Assembly: GCA_040218735.1 (NCBI GenBank)
Contig: JAVJQW010000042.1
Coordinates: 224,001 to 288,000 of the forward strand
Source of the DNA: Deltaproteobacteria bacterium
GTDB taxonomy: Bacteria > Myxococcota > Kuafuiibacteriia > Kuafuiibacteriales > Kuafuiibacteriaceae
DNA: 64,000 bases
Direction of reading: 5' to 3'
Shown: positions 9,728 through 20,132 of the stretch, in pieces
Layout: each line of letters opens with the position of its first letter
How positions within the stretch are numbered: position 1 is the stretch's first letter
Program-made: the position numbers and the translations under genes
The notes under the pieces: generated by a model
What the model saw: the letters and a program-made list of their open reading frames with translations, nothing else
The model's database searches: none
Told to the model about the DNA's origin: nothing

Positions 9728-11644
9728 ATGGTGCACGTCGAACCGCCACCGCCGCCGGACCCGATGGTGTTCCCGTTCACGCGCCCCCCGCGGCGCGCGC
9801 CGCGCCGCACGGCGCTGGTGTGGCTGATCGGGCTCGCGGTCGGGATCCTGCTGGGCCGGGAGATCGGCCAGCTGTTCATGCCGGAGTGGATCGGCGCGAT
9901 CGTCGGCGCGATCGTCGGGCTGTTGATCGTCGCGCGTCGGCAACGGCAGCGCGCCGACGAACGCCCGCTCGGGCGCATCGTCTTCGACGGCCCCAACGTG
10001 GAGCTGCCGCGCGACGCGTTCTCACCGAAGACGGATCGCATCGCGGTGCGCGAGATCCTGTCGATCGAGGAGGTCGGTCGTAAGTACGGCTCGCTGCTGC
10101 TGCGCGTGAAGTCGCGGATGTACGGTTACCCGTTCGCCGTGCTCGGCGGCCCCACGGGGGCGCGTCGTGTACGCGAGGAGCTCGTACGCCGGCTCGCCGC
10201 GGAGCCCGACGGCGAGGCGCTCCTCGCCGCGCTCGAGCAGCGCGAGGACACCGCGGATCGCCTCTTCGCGCAGCAGCCCCACGCGACGCGCGCCGTCCTG
10301 CTGGTCATCGCGCTCGTCTACGTTGTCGCGACGTACCTCGGCGCGTACGGCGACCAGCTCGACGGCGCGGTGGTGTTGCTGCGCATGGGGGCGAGTGTCC
10401 CCGCGTACGTTCACGACGGCGCGTGGTACCGGCTCCTCACCGCGAACCTGCTGCACGGCGGCGCGGTGCACATCGGCTTCAACGGGCTCGCGATCCTGGG
10501 CCTCGGTTACATCGTCGAACGGTTGATGGGGACGCCGCGTTTCCTCGTCCTCTACCTGGTGTCCGGCGTGACCGGGACGATCCTCTCCGCGTTCTTCTCG
10601 GACGCGGTGATGTCGGTCGGCGCGTCGACGAGTGTGTTCGGTCTGTTCCTCGCGTGGGGGTACTTCTCGCTGCGCTACAACGCACGGCTGCCGGCGGGGT
10701 TCGCGGTGACGAACTTCCAGTGGGGTGTGCTCGTCCTGAACTTCGCGTTGCCGTTGTTGATCCCGTTCATCGACGGCTGGGGTCACGCGGGCGGCGCGAT
10801 CGGCGGTGTGGTGATCGCGGCGATCATGTACCCGACGACGTCGTCGTTCGAGCGTCCGTGGGGCGCGCGCTCCGCGTGGTGGGCGGCGGCGGGCGTGTTG
10901 ATCGCCGTGCACGTCGCGGCGGTGTGGATGGTGTACGCGAACGATCGACGCGAGGAACTGGATCGCTCCGACTTCGTACAGCTGATCGCGCAGCGCGAGC
11001 AGACGGATCCGGCGACGCTCAACAACTTCGCGTGGGCGATCGCGATCGATCCCAAGACGACGTCGAAGCAGCTCGACGTCGCCGAGCAGCTGATCGAGCG
11101 CGCGCTCGCAGAGGTCGGCGAGGAAGCGGCGAAGAGCGCCTTCCTCGATACCGCGGCGACGGTTGCCTACCGCGGCGGGCACGCGCGCGACGCCGTCGAG
11201 CTGGAGCTCGCGGCGATCGCCGCCACGAAGGCGGACGACGCGGACACGATGGACCGCATCGCCCGGCAGGTCGCCGCGCTTCAGGGCGAGGAGGTGCAGC
11301 AGACGTATCACACGCAGCTGCTCCGCTTCCTGGAGGCGGCCGACGGTTACGGGCTCGAGTCGACGGACACCGCGACGGTCGCCGCGTTGAAGCAGGGCGT
11401 GCGCGTCGAGGTGTCGCGCGCAGGCACCTGGTACTTCGGTGTCGACGATCCGAACGGGCGCCGCGGGGTCCTCGTGGTCGAGGTGCCGACCGAGGGGCCG
11501 ACGAAGATCCCCGTCGTCACGCGACTTCCGTCGCGGTCGAAGTTCGCGCCGCTGGGGTTCGTGGACGAGGCGGACGCGGAGCGGGGTGTGTACTACGAGC
11601 GCGCCGCGCACGTGGACGCGTTGCCGCCGCCGTTAGCCTTCTGA
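9728..11644 (+). CDS. Rhomboid intramembrane serine protease with C-terminal TPR-like helical extension
   Basis: WYRLLTANLLHGGAVHIGFN, SVGAST (catalytic Ser), GHAGGAIGG (catalytic His); LNNFAWAIA...FLDTAATVAY TPR-like. Confidence 0.85.
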   Translation: MVHVEPPPPPDPMVFPFTRPPRRAPRRTALVWLIGLAVGILLGREIGQLFMPEWIGAIVGAIVGLLIVARRQRQRADERPLGRIVFDGPNVELPRDAFSPKTDRIAVREILSIEEVGRKYGSLLLRVKSRMYGYPFAVLGGPTGARRVREELVRRLAAEPDGEALLAALEQREDTADRLFAQQPHATRAVLLVIALVYVVATYLGAYGDQLDGAVVLLRMGASVPAYVHDGAWYRLLTANLLHGGAVHIGFNGLAILGLGYIVERLMGTPRFLVLYLVSGVTGTILSAFFSDAVMSVGASTSVFGLFLAWGYFSLRYNARLPAGFAVTNFQWGVLVLNFALPLLIPFIDGWGHAGGAIGGVVIAAIMYPTTSSFERPWGARSAWWAAAGVLIAVHVAAVWMVYANDRREELDRSDFVQLIAQREQTDPATLNNFAWAIAIDPKTTSKQLDVAEQLIERALAEVGEEAAKSAFLDTAATVAYRGGHARDAVELELAAIAATKADDADTMDRIARQVAALQGEEVQQTYHTQLLRFLEAADGYGLESTDTATVAALKQGVRVEVSRAGTWYFGVDDPNGRRGVLVVEVPTEGPTKIPVVTRLPSRSKFAPLGFVDEADAERGVYYERAAHVDALPPPLAF

Positions 11645-11806
11645 GCGATCGCGTCGCGCGCGCAACTCTTCTTGCATCGCGACGAGCGCGTCCGACGCCT
11701 CGGTGGGGACTTCAGCGCCGTGGAAGACAGCGAGGCGGAGCGCCGCTTCCGATTCCGCGAACACCTTCGTGAGCTCTTCGGTGCTCATGTCTTGGAAGCG
11801 ATTCAT
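11633..11806 (-). CDS. Small hypothetical helical protein (57 aa) coupled to upstream gene
   Basis: ATGA start/stop overlap at 11803-11806; normal codon bias. Confidence 0.55.
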   Translation of the reverse strand: MNRFQDMSTEELTKVFAESEAALRLAVFHGAEVPTEASDALVAMQEELRARRDRSEG

Positions 11807-13410
11807 GCGTACCACTCCGCGGCGGAGCGCATCGAATCGGCGACGCGGCTCCGAATGAGTTTGGCGTAGTTGCAGTCCTTCTCGGATTTGTAGTCGAGCG
11901 GGACGTGGAAGAACGGCACGGCGCGATCGTCGTCGCCGGGGAGGTGCACTCGGACGTTGCCGTCGTCGAGTTTGCTCACGGTGAGTTGCCCGAGGTCGAC
12001 GTCGTAGCTATTCGCGATGCGTTCGAGTGCTGCGGGCTCGAAGACCACGCCGCCCTTCGCGAGCTCGTGATCGACGGCCTCCGTGACGGCGCGGAGCGCG
12101 CCGTTGGTTCGCTCGGCGGCGGCTTCGTACATCGGGCGGAGCTCGTCGCTCACGAGCGACGCGCAGTCGATGTACGAGATGCCGCAGGAGAACGCGGAGT
12201 GCAGCACGGTGTCGTCCTGGAACATCGTGCCGGGGCCGCTCATCAGTTGGATCTTCCCGACGCCGTCCGCCATCCCGTACTGCGCCGAGTCGGCGTAGAT
12301 GACGGTCATCGAGGCGTCGAACCACGGGGTGTTCGGGTCGGGGACGGGCCATTCGTGGACGTCGATCAGCGCGAGGAGCGAGCGCTCGACGTCGTCGAAC
12401 ACGATGGAGCGCGCGCCGGTCTCGGGATCGACGTGGGTATGATCCGGTGACAGCGGCTGAGAGATCTTCGCTTGAATGGAGTCCAGCGCGGCGACCTCCT
12501 CCGGCGAGAACTTCTCCGAACGATCCATCCCCGGGAACGAGCCGCGCTTGAAGCCGATCATCATCGGCGCGAGCTTGCCGAAGAGCCCCGGGACACCGAC
12601 CTGGTGCTCCTTCGTCGCCTGTACGATCCCGGCGATGCGCTCCGGTGGCATGTCCGCGTCGCCGCGCCGCGACAGGACGAGGTCCGCCGCGATGGCGCCG
12701 TGGATGTTGTGCGCGAGGAGCGTGTCGCCGAACTTCACGGAGTCCGAGAACAGCGACGCGAGGAGGGCGTCCTCGAGCTGAACGCCGTTCATGCCCTTCG
12801 CGATCGCGCCGTCGATCACCTGCGCCGACTCGTGCGCGATGTGGTTCCAGTTCTCGTCGCTCGCCTTTGCGTCGAAGGGCCGGAGGTCCTGCAGCGAGGT
12901 CCAATACTCACCGAGCGTCTGTTTGATGCGGTTGCGCTGCGTGCGCGTGAGCGGGAGCTTCGGGTCGTCGATCTTGTCTAGGAGCGACATCCGGCCGGTG
13001 CCGTCGGTGCGCTGGACCATGAAGTCGGCGAGCACCGGCTCCACCCGCGCCTGCGCGCGCACGCGTCCCGTGCGCCCGCCGTCCGGCCACATCGAGGCGA
13101 CGCTCGGGATCTTCTCGCCGATCGGCCCGTTGCGTGCGGGGTGCGATCGAACGGAGTCGAGGAGCTTCGTCGGGTCGCGGCCCTTCGTCGCCTCCGACGT
13201 GAGCCCACGGAGCTGCACGTCGAGGGGCGACCGCTGTTCGAGCCCGGGCCGCTCGTAGTGCGCGAACGTCTCGGGCCGCAGCGCGAACAGTCGCCCCGGA
13301 GGCGCGTGCTGGAACGGGCTCTGGAAGAGGTACGGGTGCTGCGCCTCGGCCGGCGCCGCGTCGGTCGCCGGAAGCTGCGTCGGCGTGCCGGTCTTGCCCG
13401 TGCGAATCAC
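11803..13410 (-). CDS. Hypothetical protein with divergent HD-superfamily-like domain (HD replaced by SD)
   Basis: NWNH...LLASLFSDSVK...HNIHGAIAA...KEHQ...YADSAQY spacing matches the HD-domain H/HD/H/H/D pattern. Confidence 0.5.
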   Translation of the reverse strand: MIRTGKTGTPTQLPATDAAPAEAQHPYLFQSPFQHAPPGRLFALRPETFAHYERPGLEQRSPLDVQLRGLTSEATKGRDPTKLLDSVRSHPARNGPIGEKIPSVASMWPDGGRTGRVRAQARVEPVLADFMVQRTDGTGRMSLLDKIDDPKLPLTRTQRNRIKQTLGEYWTSLQDLRPFDAKASDENWNHIAHESAQVIDGAIAKGMNGVQLEDALLASLFSDSVKFGDTLLAHNIHGAIAADLVLSRRGDADMPPERIAGIVQATKEHQVGVPGLFGKLAPMMIGFKRGSFPGMDRSEKFSPEEVAALDSIQAKISQPLSPDHTHVDPETGARSIVFDDVERSLLALIDVHEWPVPDPNTPWFDASMTVIYADSAQYGMADGVGKIQLMSGPGTMFQDDTVLHSAFSCGISYIDCASLVSDELRPMYEAAAERTNGALRAVTEAVDHELAKGGVVFEPAALERIANSYDVDLGQLTVSKLDDGNVRVHLPGDDDRAVPFFHVPLDYKSEKDCNYAKLIRSRVADSMRSAAEWYA

Positions 13411-13513
13411 TGCTCGATGATACGGCGCGAGGGCGCGGTGTTACATGGGGTATCGGGCCGGCCGTACGCCGAGATTCGACCTTCGGTCAGGGACGCTGCG
13501 CTTCGACGCACCG

Positions 13514-15523
13514 CTACGGGGAGCAGACGTTCACGTACACGGCCTGGCCGTCCAGGTCGCCGTACTGCAGCGCCGTGCAGGTCAGGCCCGCGGGGCAGTC
13601 GGCGTCGGTGGAGCAGGTTCCGGCGCAGGTGTTGGTCGCGTTCAGGCAGAAGCCGCCGCGGCAGTTGCTGCCGTTGGCGTCGGCGCACGTCGTGCCGTCG
13701 GGGGCGGTGCCGTGCGTGGCCTGCACGCAGGCCTTCACGAAGTTGACCGCCCACTCGAAGCACACGCCGAAGCTGACCACGCAGACGCTGAAGTTGACCG
13801 GGGCGCAGACGTTGCCGTTCGGGCAGTCGGCCGAGCTTCCGCACACGTCGCCGCAGGTGCCGTTGCCGTAGCAGACGCCGCTGCGGCAGTCGGTGAGCGC
13901 CGAGCACGTCGAGCCGTTGGCGCCCGCGCCAAGCGGGCCGTTGCAGCTGCCGATGTAGCGGTCTGGCGTCCACTCGTACCACTGGCAGGCGCCGCCGCCG
14001 CAGTCGCTGTCGTTGTCGCAGACGTCGACGCACTGGTTGTTCGGGCAGAAGTACGACTGGCACTGGTCGTGCGCCGAGCACGCGCCGCCGTTCGGGGTCG
14101 CGAACGTCCCGGCCCCGAGGTGCGAATCGAGCACGCACATCTTCGAGCCGAAGAAGTCGAAACACGTGAACCCGCCGGGGCAGTCGGCGGTGTTGCCGCA
14201 CGCCGAGATGCAGCGGAAGCCGAGCGGGTTGCCGAGGTCGAAACACACGCCGGACTGGCAGTCGGTGTTCGCGGTGCACGTGCCGTTGAGCGGCTGCGCG
14301 CCGTTCATCGTGCAGCGCCCCGTCTGCTGGTTGCAGGTCTGGCCCATCGGGCAACCGTTCGCGAGGCAGCTCGGCTCGCACTGGCCGTTGACCGTGTTGC
14401 AGATCGTCGACGGTGGCTGACAGTCCGCGTCGTTCATGCAGACCGGGCCGCCCGGATCGCAGCGCCCCGTCGTCATGTTGCAAGTCGTGTTGCCGCTGCA
14501 GACGATGCCGCCGATCTCTCCGCACCCGCCGATGCACTGCCCGGCCTCACACACCGCGGCGGGCGGGTTGCAGTCCGAGTCGATCGTGCACGGGCCCTGC
14601 ACCATCACGCAGCGCCCGCTGTTGCCGTCGCAGACGGTGCCGGTCGGGCAGTTCGGCGCGCCCGGCTGCGCGCAGCCCGGGACGCACGATCCGCTCTCGC
14701 AAATCTGCGCGGGCGCGCCGCACTCGACGTCGGTCGTGCAGCCGCCCGACGCTTCGCAACGACCCGTCGCCGGGTTGCAGACGTTCCCACCCGTGCACAC
14801 GAGGCCGCCGACCTGAGCGCAGCCCGGGATGCACTGCATCGATTCGCAGATCGTGTTGGGCGGTGCGCACTCCGTGTCGTTCGCGCAGGTGACCTGGCCC
14901 ATCTCGCACCGGCCCGTGCCGGTGTTGCAGAAGCTGCCGAGCCCGCACGTGATCGGCGAGCCGGGCGTGCCGCAGCCGGCGACGCACTGCATCCCCTGGC
15001 ACACGGTCTGGGGCGGCATGCATTGGGCGTCGCCCGTGCACGCGGTCATGGACGGATCGATGCACCGGTTCTGCACACAGGTCGTCGGCGAGAGGCAGTG
15101 GCCGGGCTCGTAGCAGTCGACGCACTGCTGTGAATTCGGGTCGCAGTGTTTGCCGGCCGCGACGCAGTCGGCTTCCGCGGTGCAGCTCCGGTTGCCCGGA
15201 ACACACACGCCGGTGGTCGTGTTGCAGCGCAGGTCCGACGGACACTCGTTGTCCATCGAGCAGTTCACGATCTGCTGCTCGGCGCACGTGTTGGTCGCCG
15301 GATCGCAGAACTCGCCGATCGGGCACTCGTCATCCGTGGTGCAGCCGCCGAGCTGTTGCGCGCCGACGCACGCGCCGCCGATGCACTGCTGAGCCGCGGC
15401 GCAATCGTTGTTCGTCACGCAGCCGGTCGACTCCGAGCTGCAGCCGGCGAGGCCGCCGACGAAAACCAGAAGGGCTGCAAACCCCGTGATGTGCCCCAGG
15501 TTTTCCGCCATCGGTCGTCTCAT
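13514..15523 (-). CDS. Cys-rich repeat (Dickkopf-like) surface lipoprotein
   Basis: Lipobox LAGC followed by many C-x-x-D-x-x-C-x(4-6)-C-x(4-6)-C units (CTTDDECPIGEFCDPATNTC, CANDTECAPPNTICESMQC, etc.). Confidence 0.85.
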   Translation of the reverse strand: MRRPMAENLGHITGFAALLVFVGGLAGCSSESTGCVTNNDCAAAQQCIGGACVGAQQLGGCTTDDECPIGEFCDPATNTCAEQQIVNCSMDNECPSDLRCNTTTGVCVPGNRSCTAEADCVAAGKHCDPNSQQCVDCYEPGHCLSPTTCVQNRCIDPSMTACTGDAQCMPPQTVCQGMQCVAGCGTPGSPITCGLGSFCNTGTGRCEMGQVTCANDTECAPPNTICESMQCIPGCAQVGGLVCTGGNVCNPATGRCEASGGCTTDVECGAPAQICESGSCVPGCAQPGAPNCPTGTVCDGNSGRCVMVQGPCTIDSDCNPPAAVCEAGQCIGGCGEIGGIVCSGNTTCNMTTGRCDPGGPVCMNDADCQPPSTICNTVNGQCEPSCLANGCPMGQTCNQQTGRCTMNGAQPLNGTCTANTDCQSGVCFDLGNPLGFRCISACGNTADCPGGFTCFDFFGSKMCVLDSHLGAGTFATPNGGACSAHDQCQSYFCPNNQCVDVCDNDSDCGGGACQWYEWTPDRYIGSCNGPLGAGANGSTCSALTDCRSGVCYGNGTCGDVCGSSADCPNGNVCAPVNFSVCVVSFGVCFEWAVNFVKACVQATHGTAPDGTTCADANGSNCRGGFCLNATNTCAGTCSTDADCPAGLTCTALQYGDLDGQAVYVNVCSP

Positions 15524-15688
15524 GGTCGGCCTTTCAGCATACTCAATGCATCGGTTGATCGGCGCGTCCTGGTGCGTCGGATCCCGCCGCGTGTCTCAGC
15601 CTCTCCAAACCCGCGAAGTCAGGCAAGTTTTCGGGCCGACCGTTCGTCTTGACCGCGTTTCGGGTCGGTCCTAGGGTGGCGCCGCGTC

Positions 15689-17665
15689 ATGGAGCCGGCC
15701 GTCTACCCTGCCCTGTTGTTCATCCCGCTGCTCCCGCTGATCGGCGCGACCGTCCTGTGTTTCTTCGGATCCCGCATGGAGCGCGGGCTGGTCTCCATGA
15801 TTGCGCTGTCCACGGTGTTCGGCTCGTTCGTGCTGAGCGCGGCCGCGATGTGGACGCTCTTCAAGACCGGCGTCCCCCTCACCTACGTGCTGTGGGATTG
15901 GATGGCGGTCGGCCGCTACACCATCGAGCTGGCGTTCGGCTACGACGAGCTCGGCGGCACGCTGATGCTGGTCGTCACCGGCGTCGGCTTCCTGATCCAC
16001 GTGTACTCCACCGAGTACATGCACGACGACCCGGCCTACTGGCGGTTCTTCGCGTACCTCAACCTGTTCATCTTCGCGATGAGCGTGCTCGTCATCGGGC
16101 GCTCGCTCCCCGTCATGTTCATCGGGTGGGAGGGCGTCGGCCTCGCGTCGTACTTGCTGATCGGCTTTTGGTACACGGACCCCGAGAAGGCGAAGGCCGG
16201 CAAGAAGGCGTTCATCACCAACCGCGTCGGTGACTTCGGCTTCCTGATCGGCATGTTCACGCTGATCTCCCTGTTCGGCACGCTCGACTACGCCGGCCTG
16301 CAGGACGGCGCGCAGCTCGTCGCCGGCAACCTCGACGCCAAGATGAGCACCGGCCTCTTCGTCGGCCTCACCCCGCGCGCCGTCATCACCTTTGCGTGCC
16401 TGTCGCTGTTCGTCGGCGCGTGCGGCAAGAGCGCCCAGCTCCCGCTCTACGTCTGGCTACCGGACGCGATGGCCGGGCCCACGCCGGTGTCCGCGCTGAT
16501 CCACGCCGCCACGATGGTCACCGCCGGCGTGTACATGGTCGCGCGCCTGCACTTCATCTTCGACATGGCGCCCATCGCGATGGACGTCGTCGCCTGGGTC
16601 GGCGGGCTCACCGCGATCTTCGCGGCCACGATCGGCCTCGCCCAGAACGACATCAAGAAGGTGCTCGCGTACTCCACCGTCTCGCAGCTCGGGTACATGT
16701 TCCTGGCGGCGGGGCTCGGCGCGTACGGCGTCGCCGTGTTCCACCTCGTCACCCACGCGTTCTTCAAGGCGTGCCTCTTCCTCGGCTCCGGCACCGTCAT
16801 CCACGCGCTGCACGGCGAGCAGGACATGCGCCGCATGGGCGGCCTGAAGACGAAGCTCCCCGTCGTCTACTGGACGTTCGGCATCTCGACCCTCGCCCTC
16901 GCCGGCGTGTTTCCACTCAGTGGATTCTTCTCGAAGGACGCCATCCTCGCGTACGCCTACCAGGAGAAGTTCCCGCTCTGGATCCTGGGCTTCATCGCCG
17001 CCGGCCTGACGGCGCTCTACATGAGCCGCCTGGTGTGCCTCACGTTCTACGGCGAGTACCGCCTCAAGGACGCCAACGAGCAGCCGGTTCACGTACACAA
17101 GCCGCACTTCGGGATGAAGGGGCCGCTCATCGTCCTCGCGGGGCTCGCCGCGGTGGCCGGTGTGTTCAACCTCCCGCACGTCATCGCGCACCTGGTCGGC
17201 GATCAGTACGGCGTGATGTTCGAGCACTTCGTCAGCGACGCCACCAAGACCAAGGCGATGCAGCTGTCGGCGGCCACCGAGTGGGGCTTGATGGGCGCGT
17301 CCGTGGTGTGGGCGCTCATCGGCCTGTTCCTCGGCTACGCCATCTACAAGAACGGCCCGTCGCCCGCGATGGAGAAGTTCGTTCGTTCGGGCGCCGGTCG
17401 CGTCGCGCACGTGCTGCTGTACGGGAAGTGGTTCGTCGACGAGATCTACCAGTTCGTGATCATCGGCCCGCTGAGGATGCTCGCGTCGCTGTGCGCGGTC
17501 GTCGTGGACCCGTGGCTGATCGACGGCGCGGCGGTGCGCGGCTCCGGCTACTCGGTGATGGGGATCGGGCGCCTGTTGTCGAAGCTGCAGACCGGTAACG
17601 TTCAGTCCTACGCGACGGTGCTCGTCGTCGCCATCGCGGCGATCCTCCTGTGGGCGGTGCAGTAA
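15689..17665 (+). CDS. nuoL: NADH-quinone oxidoreductase subunit L
   Basis: GWEGVGLASYLLIGFW, KAFITNRVGD, GKSAQLPLYVWLPDAMAGPTPVSALIHAATMVTAGVY, QNDIKKVLAYSTVSQLG, HAFFKACLFLGSG. Confidence 0.95.
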   Translation: MEPAVYPALLFIPLLPLIGATVLCFFGSRMERGLVSMIALSTVFGSFVLSAAAMWTLFKTGVPLTYVLWDWMAVGRYTIELAFGYDELGGTLMLVVTGVGFLIHVYSTEYMHDDPAYWRFFAYLNLFIFAMSVLVIGRSLPVMFIGWEGVGLASYLLIGFWYTDPEKAKAGKKAFITNRVGDFGFLIGMFTLISLFGTLDYAGLQDGAQLVAGNLDAKMSTGLFVGLTPRAVITFACLSLFVGACGKSAQLPLYVWLPDAMAGPTPVSALIHAATMVTAGVYMVARLHFIFDMAPIAMDVVAWVGGLTAIFAATIGLAQNDIKKVLAYSTVSQLGYMFLAAGLGAYGVAVFHLVTHAFFKACLFLGSGTVIHALHGEQDMRRMGGLKTKLPVVYWTFGISTLALAGVFPLSGFFSKDAILAYAYQEKFPLWILGFIAAGLTALYMSRLVCLTFYGEYRLKDANEQPVHVHKPHFGMKGPLIVLAGLAAVAGVFNLPHVIAHLVGDQYGVMFEHFVSDATKTKAMQLSAATEWGLMGASVVWALIGLFLGYAIYKNGPSPAMEKFVRSGAGRVAHVLLYGKWFVDEIYQFVIIGPLRMLASLCAVVVDPWLIDGAAVRGSGYSVMGIGRLLSKLQTGNVQSYATVLVVAIAAILLWAVQ

Positions 17666-18270
17666 CACTGGGTCTGGCGGCGCTCCTCGCGTCCGCCTAT
17701 GACCCGGTGATCGACACGGCGCTGCAGCCCCCGAGCGGGCTCTCGCTTGGCGTCGGCGTGCAGCGCCTCCAGGACGACTTCGGTCTCTTCCTCCGCGTCG
17801 CCACGCCGCGTTTCCTCGACGACCACTTCGCGGTGGCCGTCGCGGGCGGCGTCGGCTGGTACCCGGACCTGCGCGCGCTCCCCGCGAGCACCACGGAGCA
17901 GGACTTCTCGGCGTGGTCGACCTACGGCCACGCGCGGGTGACCGCGGAGGCGTCGGCGTCGATCGTGCCCGTCGGCGGTCGGCTCTACGGCCGCCTCGGT
18001 CCGTCGTTCCTCTGGTTGTCGCCGCGGCTGTCGACGACGCGGCTCGCGTTCGGCGTCTACGGTGCGGTCGGCGCGGAGCTGTTCACGGGGGACGCGCACC
18101 GCACGCACCCGTTCAGCCTGTTCCTCGAGGTCGGTGCGACGGCCCACGCGGCGGCGGCGGACGTCGCCAATCGCGCTGGCCCCATCGAGACCGTCGACCC
18201 GACCGTCGACCGGCCGATCGCGACCGGCTTCGCGATCGCCGGCGGCGTCCGGTTCTATCTGTGGCGATGA
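17650..18270 (+). CDS. Hypothetical small outer-membrane beta-barrel-like protein; start uncertain
   Basis: Alternating amphipathic strands and C-terminal GGVRFYLWR; stop overlaps the next ATG. Confidence 0.45.
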   Translation: MGGAVTLGLAALLASAYDPVIDTALQPPSGLSLGVGVQRLQDDFGLFLRVATPRFLDDHFAVAVAGGVGWYPDLRALPASTTEQDFSAWSTYGHARVTAEASASIVPVGGRLYGRLGPSFLWLSPRLSTTRLAFGVYGAVGAELFTGDAHRTHPFSLFLEVGATAHAAAADVANRAGPIETVDPTVDRPIATGFAIAGGVRFYLWR

Positions 18271-19577
18271 GCGAGAAGAAGGGCACTGGCGTTCCGCTCG
18301 TCGCGATCCTGACGGCGTTCATCGACCTCATCGGCTTTTCGATCATCTTCCCGCTGTTCCCGCAGATGCTGGACCACTACCTCTCGCTGGAGGGGGAGAC
18401 GAGCGCGCTCGCGTCGTTCGTCGTGATGCTCCAGCGGTTCGCCGGGGACGGTGACAACGCCTCCTTCCTGGTTACGGTCTTGTTCGGTGGGTTGCTCGGA
18501 TCGCTGTACTCGATCCTGCAGTTCGTCGCGGCGCCGTTCTGGGGTGGGTTGTCGGATCGCATCGGGCGGCGTTCGACGATCCTGATCACCCTCACGGGCA
18601 CGGCGCTGTCGTACGTGGGTTGGTTCTTCGCGGGGTCGTTCGCGATCTTGGTGTTTGCGCGTCTCCTCGGCGGCGCGATGGCCGGCAACCTCTCGACGGT
18701 CACCGCGGTGGTCGCCGACGTCACCGACGAGAAGAACCGTTCGCGCGGTATGGGCATGGTTGGCGCGGCGATCGGTCTGGGTTTCATCTTCGGCCCGGCC
18801 ATCGGCGGCATGTCCTCGTTCTTCGATCTCACCGAGTACCTCCCGTCGCTCGTGCCGTACGGCCTGAACCCGTTCTCGATCGCGGCGGCGATCGCGTTTT
18901 CGTTCTCGGCGATCAACCTGACCGTCGCGGTGTTTCGGTTCCCGGAGACGCTCCCGCCGGAGGCGCGCGGGCAGTCGATCTCTCAGCGCACCGCGAACCC
19001 GTTCAAACTACTTCGCGGGATCGATCAGCCGGGCGTGCAGCGTGTGAACGGGATCTCGTTCCTGTTCCTCACCGCGTTCTCCGCGATGGAGTTCACGCTC
19101 GTGTTCCTCACCGTGGAGCGCCTGAGTTATTCGCCGCGCGACAACGGACTGATGTTCGTGTTCATCGGGTTCGTGATCGCGCTGGTGCAGGGCGGTGTCT
19201 TGCGACGCCTCGGTCCCAAGGTCGGTGAGCACAAACTCGTCCTCGTCGGCCTGGCTGCGGTGGTGCCCGGCTTCATCGCGATCTCGTTCGTCGACCGCGC
19301 CTCGGTGCTCTACCTCGGCCTCTTCCTCATGGCGTTCGGCTCGGCGCTGGTCATCCCGTGCACGTCGGCGCTCGTGTCGCGCTACGCACCGAAGGCCCAA
19401 CAGGGCCTCGCGCTCGGATTGTTCCGCTCGGTCGGCGCGCTGTCGCGTGCGTTGGGGCCGATCGTCGGGGGCCTGCTGTACTGGCGCTTCGGCGCGTCGA
19501 CGCCGTACATCGCGGCGGCCGCCTACCTCGTGCTGCCGTTGCTGTTGGCGGTGAAGCTACCGCCGCTCGATCGTTAG
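18267..19577 (+). CDS. MFS transporter (TetA/DHA1-like)
   Basis: [15 protein letters not shown], motif [24 protein letters not shown]; about 12 hydrophobic helices; ATG at 18267. Confidence 0.9.
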   Translation: MSEKKGTGVPLVAILTAFIDLIGFSIIFPLFPQMLDHYLSLEGETSALASFVVMLQRFAGDGDNASFLVTVLFGGLLGSLYSILQFVAAPFWGGLSDRIGRRSTILITLTGTALSYVGWFFAGSFAILVFARLLGGAMAGNLSTVTAVVADVTDEKNRSRGMGMVGAAIGLGFIFGPAIGGMSSFFDLTEYLPSLVPYGLNPFSIAAAIAFSFSAINLTVAVFRFPETLPPEARGQSISQRTANPFKLLRGIDQPGVQRVNGISFLFLTAFSAMEFTLVFLTVERLSYSPRDNGLMFVFIGFVIALVQGGVLRRLGPKVGEHKLVLVGLAAVVPGFIAISFVDRASVLYLGLFLMAFGSALVIPCTSALVSRYAPKAQQGLALGLFRSVGALSRALGPIVGGLLYWRFGASTPYIAAAAYLVLPLLLAVKLPPLDR

Positions 19578-20038
19578 CCGAGCCTGTCGAGCGCGGCGCG
19601 CGCTTCTTCGACGTGTTTCGACGCCGAGAACCGCGCGTCGGTGACGTGGGCGATCTTGCCTTCCTTGTCGATCACGTAGGTCTTGCGTCCGGCCATCAGG
19701 CCGAACGTCGACATCGCTTCGTACTGCTTGGCGACGACGTGGCCCGGGTCCGAGAGGATCGAGAACGGCAGCTTGTGTTTCGATGAGAAGGCGCGGTGGC
19801 GGGCTTCGCCGTCGCCGCTGACGCCGAGGATCTCCGCGTCGGCGCCCTCGAAGTCGGCGTACTCGTCGCGGAACTGGCAGGCTTCCTTGGTGCAGATCGG
19901 CGTGTCGTCGCGCGGGTAGAAGTACACGACCACGTTCTTCTTGCCGCGGAAGTCGCTCAGCGTGACCGACGCCCCTGACTGATCCTTCAACGTGAAATCG
20001 GGCGCGACCTCTCCGACGTTCGGCACGCCTCGATCCAT
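19574..20038 (-). CDS. bcp: Peroxiredoxin BCP/PrxQ
   Basis: [35 protein letters not shown]. Confidence 0.9.
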   Translation of the reverse strand: MDRGVPNVGEVAPDFTLKDQSGASVTLSDFRGKKNVVVYFYPRDDTPICTKEACQFRDEYADFEGADAEILGVSGDGEARHRAFSSKHKLPFSILSDPGHVVAKQYEAMSTFGLMAGRKTYVIDKEGKIAHVTDARFSASKHVEEARAALDRLG

Positions 20039-20132
20039 ACGCGGGTTGCCATCGGATCGCCACAGCCTCGGCCCGACCTCTTCACGCCTTCGGCCCCGGG
20101 TTCGCCACGCATCGCGCGTTCTCGTCGTCGTG

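Noticed and set aside
13514-15523. Repetitive DNA as a possible CRISPR or non-coding repeat array
   Set aside because: Repeats are degenerate, in-frame Cys-rich protein repeats; no identical direct repeats with spacers and no cas genes.
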